DNA of 63,037 nt, the filler included, from Hyphochytrium catenoides (Eukaryota; Protista; Hyphochytriomycota), in assembly GCA_900088475.1 (NCBI GenBank). It is 8 parts of 8 records of this genome, joined end to end, with 100 filler letters (N's around TTAATTAATTAA, not from the genome) between each part and the next. Parts side by side here need not be neighbours in the genome. Positions count along the whole stretch, not along the records: positions 30,975 to 52,492 come from FLMG01003447.1; 7 more parts are not named here. One strand, 5' to 3'. Both the position numbers and the translations under genes were made by a program. Under the pieces are notes generated by a model. That model saw only the letters and a list, made by a program, of their open reading frames with translations, was not told where the DNA came from and ran no database searches. The stretch's first letter is position 1. Each line of letters begins with the position of its first letter. This document shows, piece by piece, positions 35,433 to 48,685 of this stretch.

Positions 35433-36665
35433 CTCTTCCGTTCAGTGTTTATACTGAGTAGCACACCTATTATCCTTTCCAAATGAGCTTCTTTCAAGCG
35501 AGCTTCTTTGCCCTTGAGGGACGCTGGGACCTCCAAGCTTCCCTGTGCCAAACAATGACAGATTCCTTCCGCCAGCCAACCTTTCTTGAGCCTGTGGATC
35601 TTCACCTCTCGTCTGCTGCACGCCGTCGAAAGGCACTCATCGGCGGCGGGTGCTGACGTGCTGAGGAAGTGCACTCAAGGAAGAGACAGAGCCAGGACAA
35701 AACAAGTGCGATCTCAGTCTTCTGTCTATAGAGGCCGACTTGAAGTCAATGCCTATCTTCTTGACCATATTCATGAGTCTCCTCTCTCGATAAGGGACAT
35801 GAGAAAGATCTAAGATCTAAGACACTTCGGCTTTTCTGGAGTTTGATTTAACTGTAGTTATCAGAGTCCTTCTTTATGAATCAATAGGTAAACTAAAGTG
35901 ACCAGTAATCGTTTACTAGTTTATCTTGGCAATGAGAAGCGGCTTGGTACTATTCCCGAAGCTTGCCTCCGAAAATAGGGTCTAAATGCGAGAACCACGA
36001 GGCCACAGTCAGAGAATGAGCCTGGACGCCGCAAGCCATAAAACGTCGGCTGTCGAGATGTTAGTTTCTATTGGCTTCCTTCTAGACAGTCATGTCGGGT
36101 GCTTTGGTGTCCTTCCGTTATGGCTAAATTCGGTCCTCATCTTGAAGATTGACGCGAACAAAAAACACAGACTTTCGTGTCTCAGAATCTCAATGACCCG
36201 AACGCACTTGAGCTCTGTCATCGCCTGACCGAGCTCTCAAGCTCCGTCTCGAGTCTCAATATATTGCTATTGGCTCTGGCAGCACCCGTCTTAACTCTTT
36301 TGAGGGGGCGTTGATTGCTGGACCCACACCCCCCCTTTCCGCAGCCTGCACGGACGACCCATGGTACGAACGCGCTGTAAGAGCCTGCTCTAAGCTGGCA
36401 TCAGAAGCTTGTTTCCAAACATCTTAGCGAATAGGTTTGGCCCAGCGAAAAATGATCTAGGAGGTGGACTGCCGCATAGCGGAAGCAGAGCAGCGAGCAA
36501 GCGGCCCCATTCTCTAGTAGAGCGGAAGTACTTTAAAGAAATCCCCCATACAGCAACTAGCTTGAACAGTTGCGGAGAGAACGCGAAGAGAAGCCTGGAT
36601 CGCTCCATAACTGCGTTCATGCGCGTAGCCAGACCCTTTCTCGGGAGAAGCTGAAGAAGGAGAGA

Positions 36666-38975
36666 ATGACTTATCCAGGCGTACACAATGATGACCCCGA
36701 GCACGATATTCTCTATGTCAACTTCAATCAAGATGCCACGTAAGGAGTTTGAGTACCACGGGTCCTCTTTCTAAGAACTTTTCAGCTACGCGGATGACCG
36801 TCTACATGCCCCTGCCCCTTAATCCTCTCTCTATACCAGCGGATGTCTTTCATACCGATTCGAACTCAGCGCAGCTTTGCACTTCAGTCCGCGGGCCATT
36901 ACTAGTCTTTCAATCTATGTTGGCCGTTATCTAAAATGCAACTCCCCTCCAGGTGCATTAGCGTGGGGACGCGTCACGGCCACAGCATCTACAAGTGCGA
37001 GCCCTTTGGGCAGTTCTTAGAGACGCTGGAAGGAGGCATCGGCATCATCGAGATGCTCTTTTCTACCTCACTCATAGCGCTAGTGGGAGCAGGGGATCAG
37101 GTCTGCTCCCCGCATTGCGTCGCTTACTAGTCCTTAACCTCTCAATTCTTTTTTTCCCTCGCCCTATCCGCTTCCTTTCTTCAACTGCCATTTGACTGCT
37201 TCTGCGGTCTGCTCACGTACCACTCCCTTCGATACGTACGAAGTAAGAGTCGGGCAAGGCAAGCAGTGCCGGTGGTAGAAACCGTTCTCACATGAATGGT
37301 CGATTCTTTCCTCGTTGTCTGGTCACCGTTGGTGATTGTCTTTGGTCCTTGTCACCGCTACCGCTGACTTTTCTGTCAGCCTGCCTTCTCCCCTCGCAGG
37401 CTCCGACTCTGGAATACAAAGACTGGGGTTGGGATCTGCGACCTAAACTTCTTAACAGCAGTACTGGCGGTCCGACTCAACAAGCAGAGGTGCTCCCAAA
37501 CTCTTCTCTCTCTCTCTAGCCTTATCTGCTTACTCCTGTGGATGCCATACATCGCTGAATGGGAGACCTTTCTCTCCTTTTCACTGCAGTCTCACACATT
37601 GTCTCTCCCCTGCTAGTGCCTACCACACAGCACCTTTTCTTTTGTCTAGTCCAAGCTCTCTTTGCCTGGTTCCCTAACTTCCGCTATATCCCCTTACTCA
37701 AGAGTGGTCGTGGTGCTGGAGAAGACCGTCCACATCTTCGATCTTAACACCCTGCAAATCCTCTCCACCCTCGAGACCGGTCCCAATCCTAGAGGTAGCT
37801 GCCGACTTCACTTGTTCACTGCTTGTTCTGTTAATCTCGTCTCGCGATACTCTGTTCTCACGCTCCTGCCGTCATTTCTCTGTCTTTGCTTCTCCTCTTG
37901 GCCTCACTTCCGTCTCATCAAATAAGATATTTTGTCCAGTCTAATCGTCCCTTTTCCCTCGAAAAGGTGTTTGCGCTCTGTCTCCACACGACGAGAATGG
38001 GTTTTTGGCCTTTCCGACTGGTGCCAGTCCAGGTAAGAACACTATCATCCAGAGCGCTTTCAAAGACCTTGGCTCTGGTTTTTGGCCCAGGAAATCTCCG
38101 CCTTTCTAGCTTTAGGGGCTAGAACGCGTGAGCTACTGTTGTTGCTCTAGCTTCCTCATGGTCAGTGGACTAATCTCCGTGTTGTATGTGCGCAGGAGAG
38201 ATTTTGCTTTACGATGCTAACAACCTGCACGTTATGAACGCCATCACGGTCCACAAGTCCGCCCCGGCGTGTATCGCCTTTAGTGCAGATGGAACGCTCC
38301 TCGCAACCGCCTCTGAAACTGTGAGATCGCCAGGAAGTTGCCTCACCTTGGCGTTATGCCTTCCTCTGGTTCTTCTCATTCCTCTGCCATTCTCTTCCTC
38401 GTCTTCACTTTGCAACTGCTACTTCCACGCTGTCCCCTTCACTTGGGGCGCCATCCAGCTCTATGGTCAATCTCTCCTCCAGTCTGCCCTTTCTTTCTGT
38501 TCTCTTTCCCCTTCCTTCTCACCTTGCAAACGCTGACGACAGCAATTATTTGCTGTTTTCCTTCTCTTTGCTTGTTCTTCCTGCATAAAAGATTCAAGGC
38601 TCTCTCCATAGAACATGTCTCCTTCTGGGTGCGCGTTGCTGCTGCATTCCTTCCTTCTTCTCATATATCTCCTGAGCGGATGGTGCATTATGACGGACTC
38701 TTTTCCCTCTCTGTCTCCTTTACCTCAAGGGCACAGTCATCAGAGTCTTCTCAGTTCCCCAGGGAAAGAAAGTGGCGACATTCAGACGGGGGACCTATCC
38801 TTGCAGAATATTTTGTCTCGCCTTCAACTCGCTGAAGACACTCCTCGCTGTCAGCAGCGAGAATGGCACCATTCACGTTTTCTCAATGGTTGACGCCACT
38901 GCGGAGGACACTGAGGAGAAGAGCGCTGTAAGATTGCCGTACTGAGATGCAAGGAAGGGTAGGGCGAAGGAGAGA

Positions 38976-39007
<32 letters not shown>

Positions 39008-40190
39008 ACGAGAGGGAGAGAGAGAGCGAGAGGGAGAGAAAAAGAGAAAGAGACGGGAGCAGAAAGAGAGAGATCCAGACCCAGAGAGAGAGTAGATCAA
39101 CCTAGAGCAGAGTTCTCCTGTTTGAGGTCTATTTTTACTCTGCCACTTGCTTTTGGGTCCATCTCCTCTCAATAGCTGAGAGACAGGGAACAAGAGCGAG
39201 AGAGCGCCGGGAAGAGAGAGAATCAACTTCGATCGGATTCTCCTGCTGAGGATCTATTCTTTGTTTTTTCATTCCGGGTCGAGATCCTTAAAGATTATTG
39301 TTGGCTTTGCGCTTGATGACGCGACGCTCTCCTGCTCCTATTTTACTTCCTGCTTTCTTCTCTCTCTGTCTAACTCTCTCGCTATTCTGTGTGATTCTCC
39401 GTGGAGGTCCTCCCTGTATTAAGCTGTCCACCTTGTAGGTTGGCATGTATCTCCCTAAACTGATGAAGGACATCGTGGACTCTACTCGTTTCTTCGCCTC
39501 GGTATAGCCTATGCTTTCTATCTATATTGGGGCAATCGAGCTCATTCATCTCCCTCTCAAATTCTGGTCTGCATTCCATCGCTAAATCTATCCATCTTGC
39601 ATGCCGGGCGGCTTTCTCATTCAGCCTTTTCTCTCTCTCTTTTTCTTCATCACCGTATTATCTGCTAGTTTCTTGACGCTTGTCAAAGCACTGCTTATTA
39701 CGTTTAGCTATAATCTTCTCTCTCCCAGTTCTAATCATTTTAGGCTTAACAATACGCCTCTTGCGCTGTGGTTTCTTCCGTCAGGCACGACTTAGAGTGT
39801 CTAATGTTCCAGTTCTCTGCGCGATTCACGGTCCTACACCGTCCGATCCTATTGCCAAGCTACTGGTACGCAACCTGTCTGACACGTCTTCTCGGCTTTT
39901 GCACTCATGTCTTTAGGGAACACTCCTCTGGTTCTCTTTCTGACACAAGCTCTGGGTCAACACGTGCCCGCTCTGTAGGTGGTCACAGCCACGGGTTATT
40001 TCTATCAGTACTCAGTGGACACTGTACATGGCGGAGACTGCAGGTTGGAACGTGTGAGTAGGAAGAGAAGAGGGCTGTCTTTCCCCATTGCACAGATGCT
40101 AAGTTTATCTTATTCTTTGTCCTCCAGGAGTTTTTGCTTCGGGACACAAAGTCAGAGGAGTTAGGCGCATCGTTTCAAACAAAAGCTTAA
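36666..40190 (+). CDS. ATG18: Autophagy-related protein 18 / WIPI PROPPIN (multi-exon)
   Basis: VNFNQDATCISVGT, IEMLFSTSLIALVG, SPRRLRLWNTK, LLATASETGTVIRVFSV, the phosphoinositide-binding FRRGT motif and YSVDTVHGGDCRLE. ATG at 36666, TAA at 40188-40190. Confidence 0.95.
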
Positions 40191-40502
40191 GTTATTCTAT
40201 AATGTAAGACCCTTTTAACCCGATCTCTACTTCTCCTGTCTTTGCCTCCTCTCCTGGGTTGTAAGGAGGGAGGACGGACACCAGTGTCCGATGTATATAA
40301 ATAGGTGGGCTCGATCCTGTAGCTATCTGCTGGGATCTAACGTATGTGGAAGTGAACAGTCGTAAAGGGTCTTAGACAGCCTCCATAGTCAACTTGCGGG
40401 AGATCAAACATCAGCGGTAGCATTGTCAGCAAGCCCTGCCTGCGTGAGCATTATCTGGGGACCAGGAGAAGACGGAGGAGGGGGATTCAGACACAAGCCA
40501 AC

Positions 40503-43500
40503 TCAATAGCTTGCGCCAGATTCCTGTGTAGTGGCCTTGCCCTTGCCACCTGCCCTCTTCTTTTGCCTTCCTATCTCTGTCGATCCCCTCCCCACTGCCA
40601 AGGAGAGACATCCACAGTTCGTATCTTTTGCATCTGCAGTTTTATTAGTTACTCCTACCTGCACTCTTCGCAGAGTTCTGGATGGCACCTTCAGTTTGAG
40701 CTCCCAAGGTAACTGCTGCAGCCACCTCACCACTGCAAGCGCCGTCTCCATCTCCGTTCCGTCTCCCCCTTCCAGTCCCTTATCTTTACTTAGGTCTAGC
40801 AGCGTGTCAGCAATAACAAGCTGCACCTATAAGGAAGGGGCCGCAACGAGACAGTCTGTCAGGGACTTGGAGATGAGAGGCACGAATGACCGCCACATTA
40901 CAGCTCAGCTCCAAAACAGATGGACTCAGAGCAGATGGACTCTTGTTCTAGGAGAAAGTCTAGAGGATCGATAGGTGCAGAGCAAGGCCAGAGTGTGGAT
41001 TCTACAGATGGTATCTGTTATCCAAAGCCAGAAAAGCAGAGAAACAGCATAATCCCACCTGCGACCATTCATCTGCAGTAAGAGAGGGTGATGTATCACT
41101 CCCTGTCATGGATTAGGAGGCAACATCGGGAGTGAGGTCGAAGGGTCGTGAATGCAGAAAGACTATAGGAGAGAGAGGGAACAAGGATCTAACCTAACGC
41201 GTCCTTCAAAGTAGTTCTAAAGTCCGCTAGCCACTGACTAATGGCCTCATCCGCGCTGGAGAACCCTCTGAGATTCCGTCCGAGGATGCCTAGGGGAGAG
41301 TGACGTAGGATCATCGGGGTTAAGTGGAGGTCTTAGCTGAGATAGAAAGGCAACAGGCGTCAGTGGACGAGCGAGGAAGCCTGTGTGGATCTACAATAAG
41401 GAGGACGCCCCTACCAGCAAGTCTTAACAAAGGAAAGACCGGAGCTTTCCTCTCCTTCAGAGTGGTCTCAATGTGCGGCCACACTTTGGGCATCACAAGG
41501 ACCTTAAACGCCCAGCGCCAACCCTAATCACGATCCGGGGACAGAGAAATGGAGTAAGAAGGTAAAGAAACCGTGCGCAAATAATGAGAACAAGGGAAAA
41601 CATCGTCAAAAGCAGGGAGGTTAAGAAGTACGGCTGACCAGAAGAAACGCTTCGAGTTCAGAGGCAGAAGCCCTAATGCAATACAAAGGAATAAGGACAA
41701 TGACAAACACAGTCGCAGTAGCACGTAGGAGAGGAGCCGACCGAGATCGCTTACGGAAAGCCCATGACCAGCGAACAATGAAAGACGAGGTCATGGAGAG
41801 AGAAAAGTTGAACGTTTTCCTAGTACCGGACCTGCAGGGAAGATATTAGCTCCAATGACTTCAACGCTGCAAACTCCACCGCCGAGAGACGTCCCCAGGT
41901 CAAGCTTAGCTCCTGAGTGCCTTTTCTCTCTTTCGTCATCTCAGCGATGGTGCAGCTCTGTAAGGCTTCGAGGGCAAGGGCTTCAGCCGACCGAGATGGA
42001 GATGGAGAGGATGCCCCTAGCCTAAGAATATGCTTAAGAGCCACCAAGTCCACGCCTTCGGCCGCCTTAGAGGAGAGTTCCAGCTGGTGATCGGGAAAAG
42101 GAAGCAAGGAGGAGAGGATAGAAGAAGGTAGTAGACCCGGGTTGGCCAAAAAGTCAGCAGACAAGGAATTTACCTCGACAAGTCTCAAAAGAAGTCAAAT
42201 AGAAGGGGACAAACAAGGTTAAGGTATATTTGAGAGGGAGCTTGAACGAGACAGAGAGTCATACATCACACATAGTCAAGAGTCAATAAGAGAGAGAAAA
42301 ATGGTAAAACTATACCCAGGAGAGAGAAGCGATGATGGAAAGGTCATCAATGAAAGAGTAGCTCACGAAGAGAGAAGCTTATCACAACTAACCGAATACG
42401 TACCAGCTTCAGTAATGTCAGCGGCATCAGAGATAACCAAGTCCCAGGACTAGGTGATGGCCCTCCTTCCGCACTGTTCTCACCGTCATTTTCAGTAGAG
42501 ACAACCAGAGGGTCCTGCTCTGTGTGTCGCAGCACAGCGGGCCAGGTATCCACAAGCCCTGCAATCCAAAGGAACTCAATAAACTCGCGATGACGAAGAA
42601 TATCAAAGAGGAGAACCCTGCTCCTTCCTCTACCCCCTCCACCTCTCACTCCTAGCTCCTTGGATAGAGACGTGTGCAGAAGAGTAAGAACCAGACCGGG
42701 CAGCTCTGACCCCTCTGATTCGGAGGAAGAGGAGGACGATGACGGAGAAACAGGGGAAGGAGGAGGAAGCAGAAGCTGCTGTGTTAGCAAGGAAAAGAAA
42801 TCGGCAAAGTAGGAGAACGGTTTCTGGGACTGCTCCGCTAGCACACGAACAAAGGAGACGAAGGGCCATAATTTGACCTAGTGCACCGAAAGAAAGGGGA
42901 CATGTTGGCAAAACACCGTTAAAAGAAGTCTGCGCATTTACGGTCTAGCTTTCATTCTTCTTCGTTCCCTCTTTTTCGTGCTTTCTCTCCCCCTATCGCT
43001 TTTCACTGTTCCTCTGCCTGTCTTCTCCATAAATATTTCTTACTTCTCCCTCCAATCGTCTCTTCCTCTCCACCCGTATTGATGCGCCCCACCTATCGCC
43101 CCTCCGTGCTTCCCAGCTACTACCATCTCGGGCCCTACTCCAATGCAACCTCGCGCCGTCTATCTCTGCCATTACTGCTGCTCTGCACTACCTTACCCTG
43201 CATTCCTCCAAGATACGAGCCAGGTCGTCCACGGACAATTCCTCTGTCCCGCTGAGAAGAGATAAAGAGCGTGGAAGGAAGAAACTCTGCGCTTCCTCAG
43301 CAAGAAATCGACAGAGAGAAGTGAGAGTGGTGGCTTTGCTGGCCTTACTAAGAAACACCGAGGAGGCCAAAGCGTGAGCTTCGCGGTCAGCCCCTGTTGC
43401 AAGGTAGTGGCCCAAAGAGAGGCAAAATAGTAAATTAGGGGATCCTCACGCTAGCATGATAAGAGTTAGAGGACCTAGTCGCGGAAACGGCGGACAAGAT

Positions 43501-45067
43501 ACTAAGCCATTGAAGGAAGTTTCGCCCTTGCCCAAGTTCGGATAGCAGAGAGGGAAATCGAGTGAGCGAAGATCGGCTGGGAGCAGAATAGGACGGATGA
43601 GGAGGGAAGGCCCAAAAGACAGGATGTAAAGCACCTTTCTTAAGAAGCTTTAGCGACGTGAAGGTCCGCCGAAGAAAATCTTGGACGCGTTCTCCTCCTC
43701 CTGCCTTTTCTTCCTCCTCCCTCAACTTTTCTGTAGTGACAGTTTGCGGCGTAGAGATGGACTTGTCTGGGCCGACGGAGGCAACTTTCGCTCTCTTTCT
43801 CCCAGCTTGGGCCTCGGCATTAGGCTTTTGCCTTTTGGCGTCGTTACCAGCAGAGGGAGACGGAACAGGGGAAAGAGAGAGTGCACGTTTCTCCTCTTTG
43901 TCGCTGTCAGCAGGAAGAGAGGCCGCTGGAGGCTTAGGCGTTGGAGGCCGTTTGCGGGAGGTTGTGAAGAGAGAGAGACTGGTCTCTCCATCTCTTTTTT
44001 CCTCCTTTAATCCCCTCTCTTCAGTCAGCTTCTTCTGCAAGGTCTGATTCTTTACTCGGAGCACAAGTACCTCCTCCTTCACTGTCCTGGATCTGCTCTC
44101 TTCTTCCTTCAGCTCTTCTCTCAGTCTTTCTTTCTCCTCGGAGAGCTTTCTCCACTTCTCCTTTGCCTGCGCCTTGGCGTTAGTTAACCAACCCCCTCTT
44201 TCTCCCTAAATGATGCCTTAATTATTCTCTGCACTTGGCTCTTCCAAGTTTTATCTTCTTATTGAAGTCTTTTCTCCCTGACCCTCTTACTTCTTTGTCC
44301 TAATTTGGTATGCCCTTGCGTCTCGCTCACCTCAAGAAGCTCTCGTTCCTTCTGCTGAAGCAACGATTTGACCTAATATTCAAAGGAAGACAAGTAAGAG
44401 TAAGAACTCCCAGCAATCGAGCTGTACAGACAAGAAAAAAGGAACGAAAAGGATGAGTGAGAAGAGAGGGCAAAAGTATTAGGAGTAAGACCAAACCCCT
44501 CGAGATGGCAAGAGAGACAGAGACGGCGAGAAAAAAACGCGCGAAAGAATGAAGTTTTGAGAAAGAGAGGGAGAGAGAGATAGCGAGAGAGAGGAGAGAG
44601 AGACAGTGAGAGAGAGGAGAGAGAGACAGCGAGAGAGAGGAGAGAGAGGCAGCGGGAGAGAGGAGAGAGAGAGAGAGAGAGCGCGACAGCAACGGAGGGA
44701 AAGGAGCGAGAACGTAGTTCCGACCGCAGTAAGGCTACGTTGTTCCTCTTCTAGCTGTTTTTGAAGATTGTGAATCTCAGCTGCTTGGTCGGCACTCTAA
44801 GCAGTCAGGGAAGGGCAAAGAGAGTTAGGAGAAGAGAGGCACAAGGGCAGATCAAGCGTAAACTAACATTTTCTTTCACATCTGTCCTCTTCTTTTCCTC
44901 TTCTTGCCCTACTTGTGCTTGCCGCTCCTCTGCCCTTCGGAGCCTTTCTCTTAGCTCCCCTAGCTCAACTTGCAGAAGACGATGAGATCGCTGGGCTTCC
45001 TCTTTCTGGCGCTTGAAGTGCAGACAGATACGAAGAATGCAACGGAAGTAAGGGCGCGCCCCGGCCG

Positions 45068-45101
<34 letters not shown>

Positions 45102-45778
45102 AAGGGAGAGAATACAGAGAGAGAAAGAAAGTATAGCTGAGCGTTAGCATCAAGAGAGGACGGGCCTTAGGTAAAGTAAAGAAGTTGTGGTCGAGGGAGA
45201 GCAGACGTGTCTTAGCGTAGATACGAAGTCAAAACGCAGACTAGCTAGTTAGATAAGAGAGAGAGAGAGACAGAGAGAGAGAGAGACAGAGAGAGACAGA
45301 GAGAGACAGAGAGAGAGAGAGACAGAGANNNNNNNNNNNNNNNNNNNNNNNNNNNNNNNNNNNNNNNNNNNNGAGAGAGAGAAGAGAGGGGGAGAAAGCC
45401 GATGCTAAAGAGATTGGAGCTATATGCAGCTTAGAGGGAGAAGTGAAAAGACGAAGGGAGGACATAAAGTATTCTATTTCCTTACTGTTTGTTGCGCTAC
45501 GGCTTCCTCTAGCCCGGCCCTCTCCTTCTTGAGGCTCGCGATGGTCTAAGGACACGGAACTCAGCGCCCTCTGGCAACGTAAGACCAGAGAGATGATGAA
45601 GAAGATGTTGAACAAATGAGGGACGAGAGGTTGAGGATGCCGGAAGCGAGGGACGTTGGTAAAGCATGACCTGTGCGGCGTTTTTCAGCGCCTGCTTCGT
45701 CCTTTCCTTATAATCTTTAAGCTTCCGAACCTGCTCCTGGAGAGCAGCAGTACTCTGCAACTCCTCACCCTGCGACAT
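40503..45778 (-). CDS. Hypothetical multi-exon protein with N-terminal coiled coil and C-terminal helical region
   Basis: Exons such as MSQGEELQSTAALQEQVRKLKDYKERTKQALKNAAQ, KEEVLVLRVKNQTLQKKL, VLAEQSQKPFSYFADFF and QLVIADTLLDL..WLQQLPW, separated by GT-AG CT-rich introns. The 3' end is uncertain (40426-40503). Confidence 0.55.
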
Positions 45779-45789
45779 TTCCCTGACTC

Positions 45790-45916
45790 TCCGCGCCGCA
45801 GCTCAGCCCTTCTCCCTGCCCTCAGCACGGCAGCTCAGCCCTTCCCCTCGCCCTCCGCACGGCAGCTCAGGCCTTCTCCTTGCCCTCCGCGCGGCAGCTC
45901 AGCCCCTCTCCTCGCC
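45790..45916. repeat. 32-bp tandem minisatellite, ~4 copies
   Basis: gcagctcag(c/g)cc(t/c)t.. units start at 45798, 45830, 45862 and 45894. Confidence 0.9.
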
Positions 45917-47959
45917 GTGCGCACCATTCCCTCCTCCCCTCATGTATGGGTGGTGGTGGTGGTCATTTAACATGGTGACTTTCTTTCATTGCTGACAGCG
46001 CAGCGAGGAGTGGCTCTCAAGAGGAGTCGCTCTTCAAACTTCAGATCCTGTCTGCGTCAAGCAAGCTTCTCTGCTTTGCTCTTATTGAGAGATCTCAGGC
46101 TTTCTCTCTTATAGGTCTCGCTCTTTCTAAATCATCCGTCACTGGCCATCAGAGCACTGGCATCGGCAAACAGGAGCTGGTGATACTGATTGATCATCGA
46201 AAAATAAAATAGCGGCGCTCATTATCCAAAGATTGACGTATTAACAGCAAGTCTGGTAGTGTAGCGGAACTGACGTTGAGAAATAGAGTGAATAACCATA
46301 CCTAAGATGCCCACTGTGAGACGAAGGGCTTTCAAGTTGAGGTTTATACCTATTATATTCTGTTATGAGATGATCAGGCAACAAGCTTGTTCCCATCTTT
46401 CTTGACATTGTTTCCTTGTCCGATCTCTGAGAGACTAGAGATTGAGGTGCAAGATCAGCTTTTGACGGAGCAGAAAGAGATGTCATAGCGCGCCTTGTCT
46501 TCATCAGACGCTGTTGACCATGTCCCGACGATGATGCGGCTGTCAATGGTTGCTCTTAGACGACTGATCTCCCCAATGTACCTTATCACTCTTCTTATAC
46601 GTGACATGCTGGTGGTGTCAACGTCCAATCTTTGGTTGTAGTGTCATGAAGAAAAGATGTCTGTCATGAGCCAAGGAGGTAATAAGAGCAGGTCGAAGGT
46701 GGAATAAGCGAGGTGGTCACAAGCAGCGAGGGTTGAAGACAGAGAGGAGCAGGTGTGCTAGATATGAAACAGACAGCTAACGGCGTTCCGTAGCGCTTGG
46801 CTGAAACAGAAAAAAGACGAGCAACGTGGAGAGGAGGATGAGGGAAACGCCCTAGCGTTTAGCTTGTTGTCCATTCAGCTGATGGCACCCTCCTGCTCTT
46901 TCTCTATAAGACTGGTGCTTTGTTGTTTCTCTGGCGCGTTATTGCTGGTGCCTCTTATACTCTCGCTCACGTACATAGAGAGAACTAAGGCCTTATTATT
47001 TGCAAGCAGACGGAAGAAGCTGAAAAAATCTGTCGCACTTCATTCATAATTTGTCGTACCTGCTGACTGTTCAAAGATAATGTTATTAGGAGTGGCGCCT
47101 TGTCGTGGTACCACTATTCAATGATCAGAAGTACTTCTCCGTTTGACCACATTGTTGATGAGTCCTTACGAGCTTCGCGAGCAGCAGTGAGCAGAGGCAT
47201 CATCACTGCTCTTCATTTATGTTCATCATCTTGCTGTCCATCACCAGCAGCATAAGAGTATGGCGTCCTGCTAAGGAAGGGGAGGTGCTTGCAGCTTGTG
47301 CAGAAACCGAGCACCAGCACAAACGCACTACAGGAGGTCCACTTCTTCTCCTTGGAGCGATCCTGCCGAAGGATTTCTATTGAAGAAGCAGAGGAGTAGG
47401 TAAGAGAGTGGAGTATGTGCTGGTGGCAATAAAGGGTGAAGTGGAGGCAGTGTGAGAGACGGTAAGAAGGCTTTTCCTAGTAACGGTGCGTGATACTGAT
47501 GGCGGCGACGACGCAACTTGTACTCTTTTGCTCTGGTAGGGAAGCTGCTGAATGGTATGGATGCAGGTCTAACAACAATAGCAGCGAGGGCAGCGCCTTC
47601 GCATGACCATGATGGTGGTGATTACTCAGCACCCACAAATGCGATCCCAAGCTGATGGGCCATCCAAAGTAGGCTAAGAAGAAGGAGAAGCAGGTGTTTT
47701 TCATTGGAGCGGACTGAGGACCCTAAGGACAGTGTGCTGATTGATGATCCAGGGCCGAGGAGGAAGAAGCCGCCGGTCCCATCCTTATTCAAAAGCAAAA
47801 TAGATGCAGGGTGTCGGCAATACAATCAACAAGGGGTCTATTCGGCTTGGTGAGGGTCCAAGGCGAAGCAGTATCCCTTCTTACGACCGAGCAGCCAAGC
47901 CGCATAGAGATAGCTATTGGGTGTGAGTTTCATGAGCCCGGCGATGATGGCAGTCGCTT

Positions 47960-48560
47960 AGGTAAATGTCAGTGGTTGCAAGACCTCATGTTCCCAAACT
48001 TTGACACTAAGAACGTCTCTCTTCGTAGGTTGGCAATGCTTCTGTCGAATGCTTCACGGAGAGGTGTCTTTCACATCTGATGGTGCATAGGGTGAAAGGA
48101 TAGCAGCTGTAGTCATTTCTATCTACACAATTCTTTCCTCAGAAGAACAGTTACGATGATGTGACAAACTGGCTTTCAACAAGACACAAGTTGACCTCTT
48201 AGGTCTGGCCAAGTTGTTTGTTGCTATTAACGTCAATAGAAACCGCTGGATTGTTGCTCTTCTGCGCTGGACTTTTGAGGTGAAAGAGATCAAGTACTAT
48301 TATTATTGCTCCTCCCGTCTTCATGGCAACAGACAGGAGTATGTTGACAACTTGTGTCGGTACCTAAAGGGACAGGCTACTTATGGCTCGGGGTATTCAC
48401 AGCAGCCCGAGGTTGATGGAAGGATGGAAGCTTTCGGGCCAGACAGATCCAAGCGCTCCACGCCAAGCAAACTCCTTTGGATTTTTTTGGTTTTTGTATG
48501 CCACTCCTCCTTGCACAGTAGCCATAATTTCGCCGTGCGGACAAGTACTATATACCGGTA
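47960..48560 (+). pseudogene. Ulp1/SENP-like peptidase C48 remnant, probably transposon-derived
   Basis: Frameshifted pieces FISTQFF..YDDVTNW, VDLLGLAKLFVAINVNRNRWIVALL..KEIKYY..VDNLCRYLK and W..APRQANS follow C48 motif order. The catalytic HW reads RW and the DCG motif is lost. Confidence 0.65.
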
Positions 48561-48685
48561 CAGAGCGCAGGGGTGCCAATAGGTAGCGGAGGATGGCCAC
48601 AGTCCCGACGGAGAGAGAGACAGAGAGAGAAGAGAGAGAGAGAGCAGGTGACCAAGGCTCAAATGCTAGATTACATTGCCATGCT

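Noticed and set aside
45790-45916. 32-bp repeats as a CRISPR array
   Set aside because: Units are head-to-tail with no unique spacers, no cas genes are present, and the context is eukaryotic
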